A stretch of DNA of 64,000 nt, from the IMG/VR virus record IMGVR_UViG_3300043470_002422, one strand, 5' to 3'. The notes beneath the pieces were generated by a model that saw only the letters and a list, made by a program, of their open reading frames with translations, did not search any database and was not told the origin of the DNA. A program made the translations under genes and the position numbers. How positions within the stretch are numbered: the stretch's first letter is position 1; each line of letters starts with the position of its first letter. Of this stretch, positions 54,097-64,000 are shown piece by piece. Source of the DNA: a virus. Taxonomy: Duplodnaviria; Heunggongvirae; Uroviricota; Caudoviricetes.

Positions 54097-54765
54097 TTAA
54101 ATTTTAACTTTTACGATTCTAGTTTTATCTGAGATCTTCCTTTCTTCTAAGATTTCATATTTTAGAGTTGTTAATCCATCCGAATTTATTTTTTCCATCG
54201 CATTTTTTTGCCCTTCAGGGGAGCTAAATGAGAAATATTTTTTAAGATTCTCGTCATATAAATCTTTGACAATATTTCTTTCGTGAGCTAACGATCTATA
54301 TCTTCCATTTTTCCTAGATGTTGGGATCCCATTTAAAATGCATCTCAACATAACGTCGTCATCCTCTGCTCCCCACCCCCAGTAATCGTTAGAATATCCA
54401 TTTGCCTTGATAAAGGAATGCTTATCGAAAATGGTAACCCCTCCGAAATACTTATGGTAAGGGAGTTTGTATCCAAATTGCTCCGCTTCAGCTGCTAAAT
54501 GGGTTGGATTCGGGGTATAAGTATAATCCGATGTTATTGGTAACATATCAACGTCATGGAAACAATAGTAATCTGCAGAAGGTGATTCAAGTGCTCCGAC
54601 GTTTAATAATTTTCCTCTGTTGAAAGGTTTATCGTCCTGTTCAACAATTACAATCTCGTAATCCAAATCCCTTAAGAATTCTGAATTCTCCATATGGGGA
54701 ACAAATTTTTTTAAATGTTCTTCTCTGTCCCTATATGGAACTATGATAGATAATTTTTTAGACAT
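54097..54765 (-). CDS. beta-1,4-galactosyltransferase-like (GT7 / GT-A) glycosyltransferase
   Basis: FNRGKLLNVG, HDVDMLP and WGWGAEDDD are hallmarks of the beta4GalT family. Confidence 0.6.
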   Translation of the reverse strand: MSKKLSIIVPYRDREEHLKKFVPHMENSEFLRDLDYEIVIVEQDDKPFNRGKLLNVGALESPSADYYCFHDVDMLPITSDYTYTPNPTHLAAEAEQFGYKLPYHKYFGGVTIFDKHSFIKANGYSNDYWGWGAEDDDVMLRCILNGIPTSRKNGRYRSLAHERNIVKDLYDENLKKYFSFSSPEGQKNAMEKINSDGLTTLKYEILEERKISDKTRIVKVKI

Positions 54766-54842
54766 CAGATATTTTAGTTCATACTTTTGTTAAAGTTTCC
54801 GAAACATTATTCTTCTTCCCCGGTATAATTTTAAATTATTCT

Positions 54843-55691
54843 ATGATTTATTTTAGAAGCATCGGCTACATGGGAAGGCTTGGAAATCAGATGTTCCAGC
54901 TTGCTTCAACAGTAGGAATAGCAAAAGAAAGAGGATTTGGTGCCGGAATTCCTATTGAGAATTGCACCAGAAAAATTGGAAGCGGACCAATTGACGTTAA
55001 AACCGGATTACAGACGAATGTTAAGTGCGATCTTTTAGATTGTTTCAATATCCCGTCAAAATATTTAATTCCGTTCAGTGAGGTAAAACCTCAGTACATT
55101 TACTACGAGGGGGATTTTAAATTCAATCCTCAGGTTCTATCTTTGGAACCATATACAGATTTATCTGGATACTTTCAAACCGAGGAATATTTTAAAAAAT
55201 ATAGGGAAGAAATTCTAGAAATCTTTACTTTTAAAAAAGAAGATGAAGAAGAAGCAAGAAATTTTCTATTAGAGAAGGTTCATTCTCTATCATCAAATAA
55301 GAATGTAATTTCTATTCACGTAAGAAGGGGGGATTATACGCTATATCCAAACCATCATCCGGTTTGTTCCGATGACTATTATAAATCTGCAATTGAAAAA
55401 TTCGATCTAAAAAATTCTGTGTTTCTAGTTTTTTCTGACGATATCGAATGGTGCAAGAAAAAATTTGAAGGAGACAGTTTTATATTTTCAGAAACTAACA
55501 ATCCATATGTGGATCTTGCAATTATGACAATGTGTGACCATCACATTATTGCAAACTCTTCTTTTAGCTGGTGGGGTGCCTGGTTAAATAGATCTAAGGA
55601 CAAGAGAGTTATAGCTCCTTCCAGATGGTTTGGTCCTTCTTTACCTAAAGACACGAGTGACATATATTGCGAGGGATGGGAAATAATATGA
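54843..55691 (+). CDS. alpha-1,2-fucosyltransferase (GT11)
   Basis: N-terminal GRLGNQMFQLA and C-terminal HHIIANSSFSWWGAWL motifs. Confidence 0.65.
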   Translation: MIYFRSIGYMGRLGNQMFQLASTVGIAKERGFGAGIPIENCTRKIGSGPIDVKTGLQTNVKCDLLDCFNIPSKYLIPFSEVKPQYIYYEGDFKFNPQVLSLEPYTDLSGYFQTEEYFKKYREEILEIFTFKKEDEEEARNFLLEKVHSLSSNKNVISIHVRRGDYTLYPNHHPVCSDDYYKSAIEKFDLKNSVFLVFSDDIEWCKKKFEGDSFIFSETNNPYVDLAIMTMCDHHIIANSSFSWWGAWLNRSKDKRVIAPSRWFGPSLPKDTSDIYCEGWEII

Positions 55692-56446
55692 GCAACAACT
55701 TCTTTTCCATAACGATAAACACCTTTAATCACGAGAATTGGATAGAGGGATGTCTATACAGCTGTTTAAACCAGGATTATGATAACTTTGAAGTTATCGT
55801 TATAGACGACATTTCAACCGATAAGACTTTTGAGATATGCTCCAGGATACAAAAAGAATTTCCAGGAAAATTAAGAGCTATAAGAAATGAGAATAAAATA
55901 TTCTCGCAGGTCCGAAATATTCTAGAGCTCACTCTTCTTTCTAAGGAAAATTCTATAGTGGTTTCTGTCGATGGGGATGATTGTTTAAAAAACAACCAGG
56001 TTCTAAAAAAACTAAATGAGGTCTATAATTCCGGAGAAGTCTGGATGACCTATGGAAGATATGAAGAATATCCTTATAACGACGTTTCTGGAAGTTATTA
56101 TGCTTACCCAGATCATATAATACAAGGAAATTTATTTAGGGAATACAGATGGATGGCTTCTCATCTAAGAACTTATAGAAGAGAATTGTTTTTGAAAATC
56201 AAGGAAGAGGACTTTAAATTACCCGATGGTGAATGGCTTGACGTAACAGGGGATCAGGCATTTATGCTTCCAATGTTGGAGATGTCAAAAGAGAGAAGCA
56301 GATTTATTCCTGATATTCTTTATGTTTATAACGTAGCTAATCCCACAAGGGACGGAGCAACTAAAGTTCATAGACAAGAAGAGGTAGCAAGATACATTAG
56401 ATCAAAAGAAAAATACACCAGATTAGAAACATTAAATGAAAGATAA
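55688..56446 (+). CDS. GT2-family glycosyltransferase
   Basis: FSITINTFNHE...VIVIDDISTD...VSVDGDD, a GT-A fold with DxD. The ATGA start and stop overlap. Confidence 0.55.
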   Translation: MSNNFFSITINTFNHENWIEGCLYSCLNQDYDNFEVIVIDDISTDKTFEICSRIQKEFPGKLRAIRNENKIFSQVRNILELTLLSKENSIVVSVDGDDCLKNNQVLKKLNEVYNSGEVWMTYGRYEEYPYNDVSGSYYAYPDHIIQGNLFREYRWMASHLRTYRRELFLKIKEEDFKLPDGEWLDVTGDQAFMLPMLEMSKERSRFIPDILYVYNVANPTRDGATKVHRQEEVARYIRSKEKYTRLETLNER

Positions 56447-57131
56447 ATTTTTTATGGCTATTCTTTCTCATAAGGGAAGTAAGCACAGGGATGAACAAAA
56501 AAAACATCTCCTAGAAACAAACAACGGTGATATTATATTCTATTATTTTATAGGAGATTTAAATCTAGACTCGGAATATAAAGTAGACGAAGAGAACAAA
56601 ATAGTCTATCTAAAAGTTCCTGATAACTACGAATCTCTTCCCTTAAAAACACAAGCAGCTGTTTCTTTTGTGAATGAAAATTATTCCGACTCGATTAAAG
56701 GAATGATAAAAACAGACGATGATATAGAACTGGATATCGAAAAGATTTATTCTTGCCTTTCTATTCACGGAGATAAAGATTATTTTGGAATAGTTACACA
56801 GATAACTAACCCTGAAAACGTATCGACCTGGCACATGGGAAAATGTGAATCCGCAGAGATGAATAGAACCCCAGTAAGAGTTCCTCTTTGTACCTATTGT
56901 GGTGGTGGAGGATATTACTTAAGTAAAGAATCTATCTCTAAAATTTCCCAATCAAAGGAAAAATATTCCACCATGGTATTTGAAGACGCAGCTACCGGAT
57001 ACGTTTTAAATTCATTTGGAATCTATCCAACGTTTATTCACATGGGACAGAATGGATTCGATTGGCCTAATATGGTACCTCCTTCTCCTCCAGAATCTAA
57101 GGTTCAAGTCAATCCAATGTTAATAAGATAA
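56436..57131 (+). CDS. Fringe-like / GT31 beta-1,3-glycosyltransferase-like protein
   Basis: KTDDDIELD and CTYCGGGGYYLSKE. Confidence 0.5.
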   Translation: MKDKFFMAILSHKGSKHRDEQKKHLLETNNGDIIFYYFIGDLNLDSEYKVDEENKIVYLKVPDNYESLPLKTQAAVSFVNENYSDSIKGMIKTDDDIELDIEKIYSCLSIHGDKDYFGIVTQITNPENVSTWHMGKCESAEMNRTPVRVPLCTYCGGGGYYLSKESISKISQSKEKYSTMVFEDAATGYVLNSFGIYPTFIHMGQNGFDWPNMVPPSPPESKVQVNPMLIR

Positions 57132-57132
57132 G

Positions 57133-57816
57133 ATGATATCAATTTGTATACCTTGTTACGAGATGCACGGGAGAGGAAAGGATTTTCTAGACTTTAATTT
57201 GGAAAAAATTAAAGAACAGACCTATCAAGACTTTGAAGTTGTAATTTCAGACCACAGCCAAAACGAGGAGATTAAATCTGTATGCGAGAAATATTCATCA
57301 TTGGGTATGGATGTTAAATATTTTAAAAACGAAAATAATAGGGGGAATTCCTCTAGTAATATTAATAATGCAATTTCTAATTCTACTGGTGAAATAATTA
57401 AAATTATTTTCCAGGACGATTTTCTATATCACATTAATTCTCTAAAAGAAATAAGAGATTCTTTTTCTTCTAATGATATAGACTGGCTGGTAACAGCTTC
57501 TTGTCACACTACAGATGGAATTAACTTCGAGAGATTTTATTATCCAAGATATACAGAAGACATTATGACGGGGAATAATTTAATAAGCTCTCCGAGTGTT
57601 TTAAGTTTTAAAAATACCGGAGATGTTTGGTTTGACTCAAATTTAATCTGGCTAATGGACTGCGATATGTACAAAAGACTCTATATGAGATATGGGGATC
57701 CTTTCTATTTAAATCGAATTAATGTTGTTAACAGAACTTGGGAAGGTCAGTATAATAATCACATCCCTTGGGAAAGAAAAAAATGGGAAATAGAATACGG
57801 GAGACATAAATACTAA
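57133..57816 (+). CDS. GT2-family glycosyltransferase
   Basis: ISICIPCYE...EVVISDHSQ...IFQDDF. Confidence 0.5.
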   Translation: MISICIPCYEMHGRGKDFLDFNLEKIKEQTYQDFEVVISDHSQNEEIKSVCEKYSSLGMDVKYFKNENNRGNSSSNINNAISNSTGEIIKIIFQDDFLYHINSLKEIRDSFSSNDIDWLVTASCHTTDGINFERFYYPRYTEDIMTGNNLISSPSVLSFKNTGDVWFDSNLIWLMDCDMYKRLYMRYGDPFYLNRINVVNRTWEGQYNNHIPWERKKWEIEYGRHKY

Positions 57817-57832
57817 TAATATATAAAATAAA

Positions 57833-58396
57833 ATGAATAATTTAGAACAAATTTACCTTAATAAATGCGCTACTGCATTAGACATCAACGAGCATTTACC
57901 TACTTTAAGGAGATACACAGAAGAATGCGACGTTGTTATCGAAATGGGGGTTAGAAGCATAGTTTCAACCTGGGCTTTTTTACTAGGGCAGCCAAAAAAA
58001 TTAATCTCTGTGGACATCGTTCATCCTAAAACTTATATCAATCATGACCCGTCTGGATGCAATTTAGATTTGGTTTATGAAATTGCAGAAGAGAGAGAAA
58101 TTGAATTTGAATTTATAGAGTCAGATACCTTAAAAATGGATCCCATTGAATGTGATTTTTTATTCATCGATACCCTTCATGATTACGATCAACTAAAGGA
58201 AGAATTAAGAATCCATTCGCCTTCTGTTAAAAAATACATAGGCCTTCACGATACAGAAACTTTTGCAATCAAAGGAGAAACCCCAGGAAAAGAAGGAATC
58301 TGGAGAGCAGTGGAGGAATTCCTATCTGAAGGAGAATGGAGAATTGGAGAAAGGTTTACAAACAATAACGGACTTACTATTCTATCTAGGATTTAA
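57833..58396 (+). CDS. class I SAM-dependent methyltransferase (Methyltransf_24-like)
   Basis: VIEMGVRSIVSTWAFL...FIDTLHDYD. Confidence 0.45.
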   Translation: MNNLEQIYLNKCATALDINEHLPTLRRYTEECDVVIEMGVRSIVSTWAFLLGQPKKLISVDIVHPKTYINHDPSGCNLDLVYEIAEEREIEFEFIESDTLKMDPIECDFLFIDTLHDYDQLKEELRIHSPSVKKYIGLHDTETFAIKGETPGKEGIWRAVEEFLSEGEWRIGERFTNNNGLTILSRI

Positions 58397-58418
58397 TGAA
58401 CAACCCCCGAAATAAGAT

Positions 58419-59084
58419 ATGCTTAAACTAGAAAACGTAACTCTCATAGCTTTAACAAGCGTTAGAATCCCTCAGACAATAAAAGCTCTGGAATATAGTT
58501 GCAGGGGAATCCAATTTGGAGATGTTAAATTAGCTTCCGATATAAAACCAGAAAATTTACCTGCTTTCATAAAACATGAGTATACCGAAAGAAGTTCAAA
58601 TATTGATGAGTGGAATTATAATATAATTTATAATCTATCCAAACATATAGAAACAGATTATGCAATTCTCATTCACGATGATGGTTTTATAGTAAATCCG
58701 GAATCTTGGAGGAATGAATTTTTAGAATATGATTACATAGGAGCTCCTTGGGCTTTACCTTCAGATGATTATTCGTACCGTGATATAAATGGAGAAATCG
58801 TTCGCCAGGGAAATAGTGTTTCTCTAAGAAGTAAAAAATTAATAGATATTCCAAATAAATTAAATCTGGAATGGAAGTCTTTCTATGGATTTACAAATGA
58901 AGACGGATTTATATGTGCGCATTATAGGCATAGGTATATAGAAGAAGGATGTAAATTTGCAGACATTGATGTTGCCAAATACTTCTCACACGAAACAATG
59001 ATACCAGAAATAGAAGGAATAAAACCATTTGCATTTCATAGACACTTTGGTACCAATTCGATTTACCCTAATTATGGAAGATAA
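58419..59084 (+). CDS. hypothetical protein (putative glycosyltransferase-associated)
   Basis: ORF within the cluster. Confidence 0.4.
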   Translation: MLKLENVTLIALTSVRIPQTIKALEYSCRGIQFGDVKLASDIKPENLPAFIKHEYTERSSNIDEWNYNIIYNLSKHIETDYAILIHDDGFIVNPESWRNEFLEYDYIGAPWALPSDDYSYRDINGEIVRQGNSVSLRSKKLIDIPNKLNLEWKSFYGFTNEDGFICAHYRHRYIEEGCKFADIDVAKYFSHETMIPEIEGIKPFAFHRHFGTNSIYPNYGR

Positions 59085-59763
59085 AGAATTGGTGATATCC
59101 GCTTATGATAAACCAATCGATTGGTTGTCGTTAATTGATGATAATGTTAAAAAAACAATTTATCGAAAGGGAAATGCACTCCCATTGTCTAGTGGTGAAA
59201 TTTTAATTGAACCAAATATTGGCAGATGCGTACATAGTTTTTTCAATCATATTAAAAATAATTATTACAATTTATCCGATTATACATTTTTTGCTCAGGA
59301 TTACCCATTTGATCATTGGGAAGATTTAATCTATGTTGTTAATGGTAATATTGAAACCTTTATAAATCGTTCAGCATTGAATATTGGTGGGTATTATGGA
59401 TATCACTTTAATACTATTAAGGTTCCCTCAGAAAGAGGGGGGGTAATGCACACGATGCATCCGTCACAGCATCACGGGAAAGGTAATGTAATCTCCTGTT
59501 ATAGCAACGGGATGCCTCATGACCACAATCCAAATATCAACGTTGATGTGTACTGGGATTTATTATTTGATGAACCCAGGCCAAATATGTATGAATTCAT
59601 ACCAGGGGGTCATTTCGGAATATCCAAAGAACATGTTCATTTAAGATCCCTTGATTTTTATATAAAAGTGACTTCTTTATTGGAAGAAAACGAAACAGCC
59701 CCGTGGTTAATTGAAAGACTTGAATGCTACATATTTAATTCAAAATACAAGACAAAATTATGA
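59074..59763 (+). CDS. hypothetical protein
   Basis: Likely ATG at 59074 (MEDKELVISAYD). The ORF track starts at an upstream alternative codon. Confidence 0.4.
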   Translation: MEDKELVISAYDKPIDWLSLIDDNVKKTIYRKGNALPLSSGEILIEPNIGRCVHSFFNHIKNNYYNLSDYTFFAQDYPFDHWEDLIYVVNGNIETFINRSALNIGGYYGYHFNTIKVPSERGGVMHTMHPSQHHGKGNVISCYSNGMPHDHNPNINVDVYWDLLFDEPRPNMYEFIPGGHFGISKEHVHLRSLDFYIKVTSLLEENETAPWLIERLECYIFNSKYKTKL

Positions 59764-60620
59764 GTAAAGTACAAATAATTTCTATTTTTGATAAACATGA
59801 AGATTTTATTAAATTACAATATGAGAGTATTGTAAATCACGTTGAAGGAGATTATGAATACATTATTTTTAATAATGCTTCTGATGAATTGCAAGCAATT
59901 CAAAATAAAAAAATGTGTGAAGAATTAGATATCAAATGTATTAGAATTCAAGTTAACTACAACTTAGACCCATCAAATATTGCTGGGGCTGCTCTTAACG
60001 AAGCTTTTAGTTATTTTTCAGAAGAATCAGTTTTTAAAATTGATTCTGATATGTTTTTTATTTCAAATATTAACCTGACTGAACTTTTTGAATCTTCAGA
60101 CCTGATATACATACCAAATTATGTTCTGGGCTTGGAAATCATGTGGAGTGGTGTTTTTGGGATAAATATGAAAAAAATTGATATCTCATTAAATTTTAAG
60201 CCAAGCGTTATACCACAAACAGACACGTTTGACCAGTCATCATTATTGACAAAAAATAACAAATATATTAAAAAAATATTTAAACTATATTCTATTCAAA
60301 ATATAACGGATAATGTTGTTATTTCTTCTTTAAATAATGATTGTGGAATCTATATAAAGGACAATGAAATAATATTCAACGAAAAGCCAGAATATTATTC
60401 AGATAAAGAAACCTTGGTAAATTTAAATGATAAAATTTTGGGGATTTTAAATATTATGAAATTATATGAATTTCCAGTACCATACAATGTAGATATGATT
60501 GAAATTAACGGGGTTAATTTCATGTTTCATTTTAAATCCTCTAATTGGTGTCCCTGGTATACAGACCAATATGTTACACTAAAAAAAGACTCCTTAATAA
60601 AATACTTAAAAAATAATTAA
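59760..60620 (+). CDS. hypothetical protein (putative glycosyltransferase)
   Basis: The ATGA start and stop overlap. Confidence 0.4.
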   Translation: MSKVQIISIFDKHEDFIKLQYESIVNHVEGDYEYIIFNNASDELQAIQNKKMCEELDIKCIRIQVNYNLDPSNIAGAALNEAFSYFSEESVFKIDSDMFFISNINLTELFESSDLIYIPNYVLGLEIMWSGVFGINMKKIDISLNFKPSVIPQTDTFDQSSLLTKNNKYIKKIFKLYSIQNITDNVVISSLNNDCGIYIKDNEIIFNEKPEYYSDKETLVNLNDKILGILNIMKLYEFPVPYNVDMIEINGVNFMFHFKSSNWCPWYTDQYVTLKKDSLIKYLKNN

Positions 60621-61436
60621 ATGAAGAAAAAAATAGCATTGGTGACAATGGCAAAAGATGAAGACTTGTATATTCAAGAGTGGATCGATTATCATTTGAA
60701 ATTAGGATTTGATAGTATATTCATCTATCAAAACAATTGGAGATTTAATAGTGAAGACTTGGATGAAAGAGTTCATCTTTTAGAGTGGGATATAGATTCC
60801 CCAGGTGATATGGATAACACCCCATGGTTATCAAATAGAATTGCTATGGCTTACACTCATTTTGGAAAAACATATCACGATCAATTTGAATGGGCTGCTT
60901 TTATTGATGTCGACGGGTTTCTGGTATTGAAGCAAACGAACGATGTCAAAGAGTTTATTGCTAAATTTGACAACGTTCCCCAAAGACAAGTTGTAATCAA
61001 TCTAGCACAATTTGGTGATAATGGTCATACCGAGTTTGATCCGAACAACGCAAGTGTATTGGAAAGATTTACTAAAAGATGGGGTAAACCTTATACTCAC
61101 ACCTACTATCATGTTGGACCAATATGCAAATTACACGAAAACTTTGATAAGCATGGGGTTCATATGGTACACGATGAAGAATGGATTGATGTAGATGGTG
61201 TAGTAGGCATAGGTACTTCAACTATTTTGAATTGCTCAAGAAAGGTATCATACGATACAGCACAACTAAACCACTATTATACAAAGACTCTACCAGAATG
61301 GCTTAATAAATGTAATAGAACTCGTCCAGAGGGTGATCAGTATAGGAGTACGATTGAAGGTTTTTTTGAACACAACCACAACGATGTAGAAGACTTTCAT
61401 GCTTTAAACTTTTTTAGAAATCAACAAACTTTGTAG
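60621..61436 (+). CDS. GT-A-fold glycosyltransferase (GT92/DUF23-like)
   Basis: VTMAKDEDLYIQEWIDYHLKLGFDSIFIYQNN and FIDVDGF. Confidence 0.45.
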   Translation: MKKKIALVTMAKDEDLYIQEWIDYHLKLGFDSIFIYQNNWRFNSEDLDERVHLLEWDIDSPGDMDNTPWLSNRIAMAYTHFGKTYHDQFEWAAFIDVDGFLVLKQTNDVKEFIAKFDNVPQRQVVINLAQFGDNGHTEFDPNNASVLERFTKRWGKPYTHTYYHVGPICKLHENFDKHGVHMVHDEEWIDVDGVVGIGTSTILNCSRKVSYDTAQLNHYYTKTLPEWLNKCNRTRPEGDQYRSTIEGFFEHNHNDVEDFHALNFFRNQQTL

Positions 61437-61439
61437 ATT

Positions 61440-62180
61440 ATGGATATTATAAATACAAATTTGAATGTGCAAAAGATTAGTGATCCGTATGATATATGGA
61501 TTATTGATAATTTTTTAAAAGAACATACTTTGAAAGGTATTAAAGATGCATGGCCATCTTATGAAAATGATGCTTGGTATGTTGGACACCCTGAAATAGA
61601 CGGTAAAAAGAATATATTAGAACAGGGTATGCTAGGAATTAGTAAAGTAGGGGAAATGCCTGAATTCATTAGCAATGTTATGAGTTATATCCACACAAAA
61701 GAGTTTACAGAAAGGATATCTAACCTTTTAAATTTACAAAACCTATTTCCAGATGAGCATATGAGATGGTCAGGTATGAGAACAATGCTTCCAAATTCAT
61801 TCCAATTGATTCATAGTGATGCTAGAAAATCACCTAATTCAGGAATGCGTAAAGAGGTAACTTGTTTATTGTATCTGAATGAGAACTATAATAAAGAAAA
61901 TGATGGCGGTTGTTTAGAAGTCTGGTCCGATGATATGTCAACTTGTATGCATGAAATTGAACCTATCTCAAATAGGTTTGTTGCTTTTTTAAACAGCGAT
62001 ACTTCCTACCATGGTGTACCAACTGTAAAATCAGAAAGAAAGTTAATTACATTCTCTATTTTAGCAAATGATAGTTCTACCGATCGATATAAAGCTCTAT
62101 TCGTTGCAAGACCTACCGATTCTGTTGAAGTTGGAATCGAAGGTGTTAAAAGGTCACAAATAAAAGATATTAAAAAATAA
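61440..62180 (+). CDS. 2-oxoglutarate/Fe(II)-dependent oxygenase (prolyl-4-hydroxylase-like)
   Basis: HSD...YHGV facial triad spacing. Confidence 0.5.
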   Translation: MDIINTNLNVQKISDPYDIWIIDNFLKEHTLKGIKDAWPSYENDAWYVGHPEIDGKKNILEQGMLGISKVGEMPEFISNVMSYIHTKEFTERISNLLNLQNLFPDEHMRWSGMRTMLPNSFQLIHSDARKSPNSGMRKEVTCLLYLNENYNKENDGGCLEVWSDDMSTCMHEIEPISNRFVAFLNSDTSYHGVPTVKSERKLITFSILANDSSTDRYKALFVARPTDSVEVGIEGVKRSQIKDIKK

Positions 62181-62184
62181 AAAT

Positions 62185-63330
62185 ATGGAAGTAAAAAATT
62201 ATCCTATATTCAAGGTTCATGTCGATGTAGATGGAGCTTTAGAAAATTTAAAAACGGTATTAACTAGTGGTTTTTTGAATGAAGGTGAGTGCGTAACACA
62301 ATTTACCGATTTTTTAAATAATTATCTAAACCATAAAAATGTAGTTTTATTAAATAGCTGTACATCAGCACTTACGTTAGCATTAAAATTGGCTGGGGTT
62401 TCTCCTAATGATGAAGTTATTACGACGTCGATGACGTGTGTTGCTACTGTCACCCCAATATCTAATTTAGCAGCAAAAGTAGTTTGGTGTGATATTGATT
62501 ACAAAACAGGAAACATAGACCCGTTGAAGATAGAGTCATTAATCACCAAAAAAACCAAAGCTATTCTGTGTGTGAATTGGGCTGGTATTCCGTGTGATTT
62601 GGAAATGCTACAAGCAATCTGCAAAAAACATGGCATCAAACTTATACAAGATGCAGCACATTCCTTTGGCGCAAAGTATAATGGAGAGTCCATATGCCAC
62701 TATGCAGACTATACTTGTTTTAGTTTTCAAGCTATTAAGCATATAACTACCGGGGATGGAGGAGCTTTGATCTGCAAATCTGAACAGGATTTTGAAAGGG
62801 CTAAAAAATTAAAATGGTTTGGTATTGATAGAGATGCTACTAAAAATGAAAAGGGTGAGTGGAAAGGTCAGAGATGGGAAGTAAATATATTGGAAGCTGG
62901 ATATAAGTTTCATATGAATAACGTATCGGCTGCTATTGGATTGTCCCAAATTCCCCATATTGATAACATAATACAATCTCACATCGATAATGCAAATATT
63001 TATGATAATTTATTTAAAGACAATCCACACATAAAACCTTTAAAAATTAATAAAAATACACAACCGACATATTGGGTATACACTGTAATACTGGATGAAA
63101 GTATTAATCGTAATGATGTTTTAGAAAAAATGAACAAACAAGGCATAGCTGCAGGGTTAGTACATATTCCATGTGATGGATATCAGTGTTTTGAAGATAG
63201 TAAAACAGACCTACCACATACAAAGTATTTTTACGAGCATCAGCTATCTCTTCCGTGTGGGTGGTGGTTAAATTCAGAAGATATTAATTTCATAACCAAT
63301 ACACTAATTAAAATTCTACACAATGAATAA
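62185..63330 (+). CDS. DegT/DnrJ/EryC1-family PLP-dependent sugar aminotransferase
   Basis: NSCTSALTLAL and QDAAHSFGAKY. Confidence 0.65.
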   Translation: MEVKNYPIFKVHVDVDGALENLKTVLTSGFLNEGECVTQFTDFLNNYLNHKNVVLLNSCTSALTLALKLAGVSPNDEVITTSMTCVATVTPISNLAAKVVWCDIDYKTGNIDPLKIESLITKKTKAILCVNWAGIPCDLEMLQAICKKHGIKLIQDAAHSFGAKYNGESICHYADYTCFSFQAIKHITTGDGGALICKSEQDFERAKKLKWFGIDRDATKNEKGEWKGQRWEVNILEAGYKFHMNNVSAAIGLSQIPHIDNIIQSHIDNANIYDNLFKDNPHIKPLKINKNTQPTYWVYTVILDESINRNDVLEKMNKQGIAAGLVHIPCDGYQCFEDSKTDLPHTKYFYEHQLSLPCGWWLNSEDINFITNTLIKILHNE

Positions 63331-64000
63331 CATTCACAGTACTTCATTCATAGATCCATATATTCAGCTCGGAAAATTTAATCACGTTGGGAAAAATGTA
63401 CAAATCAAGTACCTTGACGAAAATAACAAGCCATCCGTTGTAATCGGAGATAATAACATTATCAACGATAATACAAGAATCTTAATAGGGGAAAATCCAC
63501 TGAGTATAGGAGATTGGAATGTTTTTCATAACGACATGCTAGTTATGGTTGGTAAAAAGATTGACATTGGTCATAATTGTTGGTTCGGTCAAAATACAAT
63601 TTTAGATGGATCCGGAGGACTTTCTATAGCTAACGGGGTTAGAGTTGGAATGTATTCTCAAATATGGACACACGTTGCTAGCGGTGAATTAATAGAGGGA
63701 TGCTTATTGTTTGGAGACAGTAAGACAAACATCGAAGACGATGTTTGGTTAGTTGGAAGCTGTACAGTTTCTCCAGGGGTTTGTTTAAGAAAAAAATCAG
63801 TTTTTTTAATAGGATCCATAGTAACAAAGGACTCGGAAATCGAAAAGGTATACTCAGGAACACCAGCCACTATTAATGATAAAATAAAAGCTTGGAAAGA
63901 GATCTATCCTGTTGATAAATTAAAAATGCTACTTGAATGGAGTGAGATTTTTTGTATCGGTAAAAAATACGAAATTGACAATCAAATCGAATCGGGATAC
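63323..64000 (+). CDS. left-handed beta-helix (hexapeptide-repeat) acetyltransferase, 3' partial
   Basis: Not in the ORF track because it runs off the window. ATG 63323 overlaps the DegT stop. Repeats include VVIGDNNII, ILIGENPLSIGD and ANGVRVGMYSQI. Confidence 0.55.
   Translation, partial: MNNIHSTSFIDPYIQLGKFNHVGKNVQIKYLDENNKPSVVIGDNNIINDNTRILIGENPLSIGDWNVFHNDMLVMVGKKIDIGHNCWFGQNTILDGSGGLSIANGVRVGMYSQIWTHVASGELIEGCLLFGDSKTNIEDDVWLVGSCTVSPGVCLRKKSVFLIGSIVTKDSEIEKVYSGTPATINDKIKAWKEIYPVDKLKMLLEWSEIFCIGKKYEIDNQIESGY

Noticed and set aside
1-64000. Genome-wide TAG (amber) codon reassignment, suggested by the CUA tRNA.
   Set aside because: TAG terminates several genes exactly at compact gene boundaries (2717, 6587, 9199, 20907, 21324) and is followed by promoter motifs. 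Apart from the PTH2 gene, no ORF-track gene is interrupted by TAG in this window. The suppressor therefore seems gene-specific.

Overview
This window looks like an auxiliary region of a large, AT-rich virulent phage, probably of a Bacteroidota (Flavobacteriia-type) host. Short genes are packed almost entirely on the + strand, and two proteins carry type IX secretion C-terminal sorting domains. The only minus-strand genes are a MoxR AAA+ / HExxH-peptidase / vWA operon with its neighbours (40.3-48.1 kb) and two genes inside the glycosylation block (53.5-54.8 kb). No structural or replication genes were recognised.

Two motif classes sit directly upstream of start codons. Class A is GACCGTATATTCTAAT (at least 23 copies). 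Class B is a near-palindromic GGGATATATAAG, used on both strands.

The features I consider most interesting:
- A nucleotide / NAD+ / ADP-ribose island at 21.3-31.7 kb. It holds a PRPP-synthetase-like kinase and a NAMPT-like enzyme (a NARP1-like NAD+ reconstitution pair), a Poa1-type macro domain, a NADAR domain, two nucleoside-2-deoxyribosyltransferase-like proteins and a short archaeal-type adenylosuccinate synthetase homolog that resembles PurZ.
- A tRNA-end module at 32.2-35.3 kb: a CCA-adding-enzyme head domain, a DEDD 3'-5' exonuclease, a HAD phosphatase, an HD domain protein, a promoter-driven tRNA-like gene with a CUA (amber) anticodon, and immediately downstream a PTH2 gene with a TAG at codon 3.
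- A family of 10 or more proteins that share a T4-CTS-like N-terminal leader of the form MK(H/N)-I/L-x-x-F/Y-E, often with a DL(D/E)xVGL motif and LRR-like 22-aa repeats.
- A G-tract and palindrome island at 5.4-5.7 kb.
- A 12 kb glycosylation cluster with eukaryote-like glycosyltransferases (GT11 fucosyltransferase, beta4GalT-like, Fringe-like) plus DegT, an LbH acetyltransferase and a 2OG oxygenase.
- Auxiliary genes for ribosomal protein bS21, MTHFR, ferritin, a flavoprotein, a ClpC-like unfoldase and a flotillin-like protein.

All functional calls rest on motif-level reading of the translations. Nothing here was confirmed by a database search.
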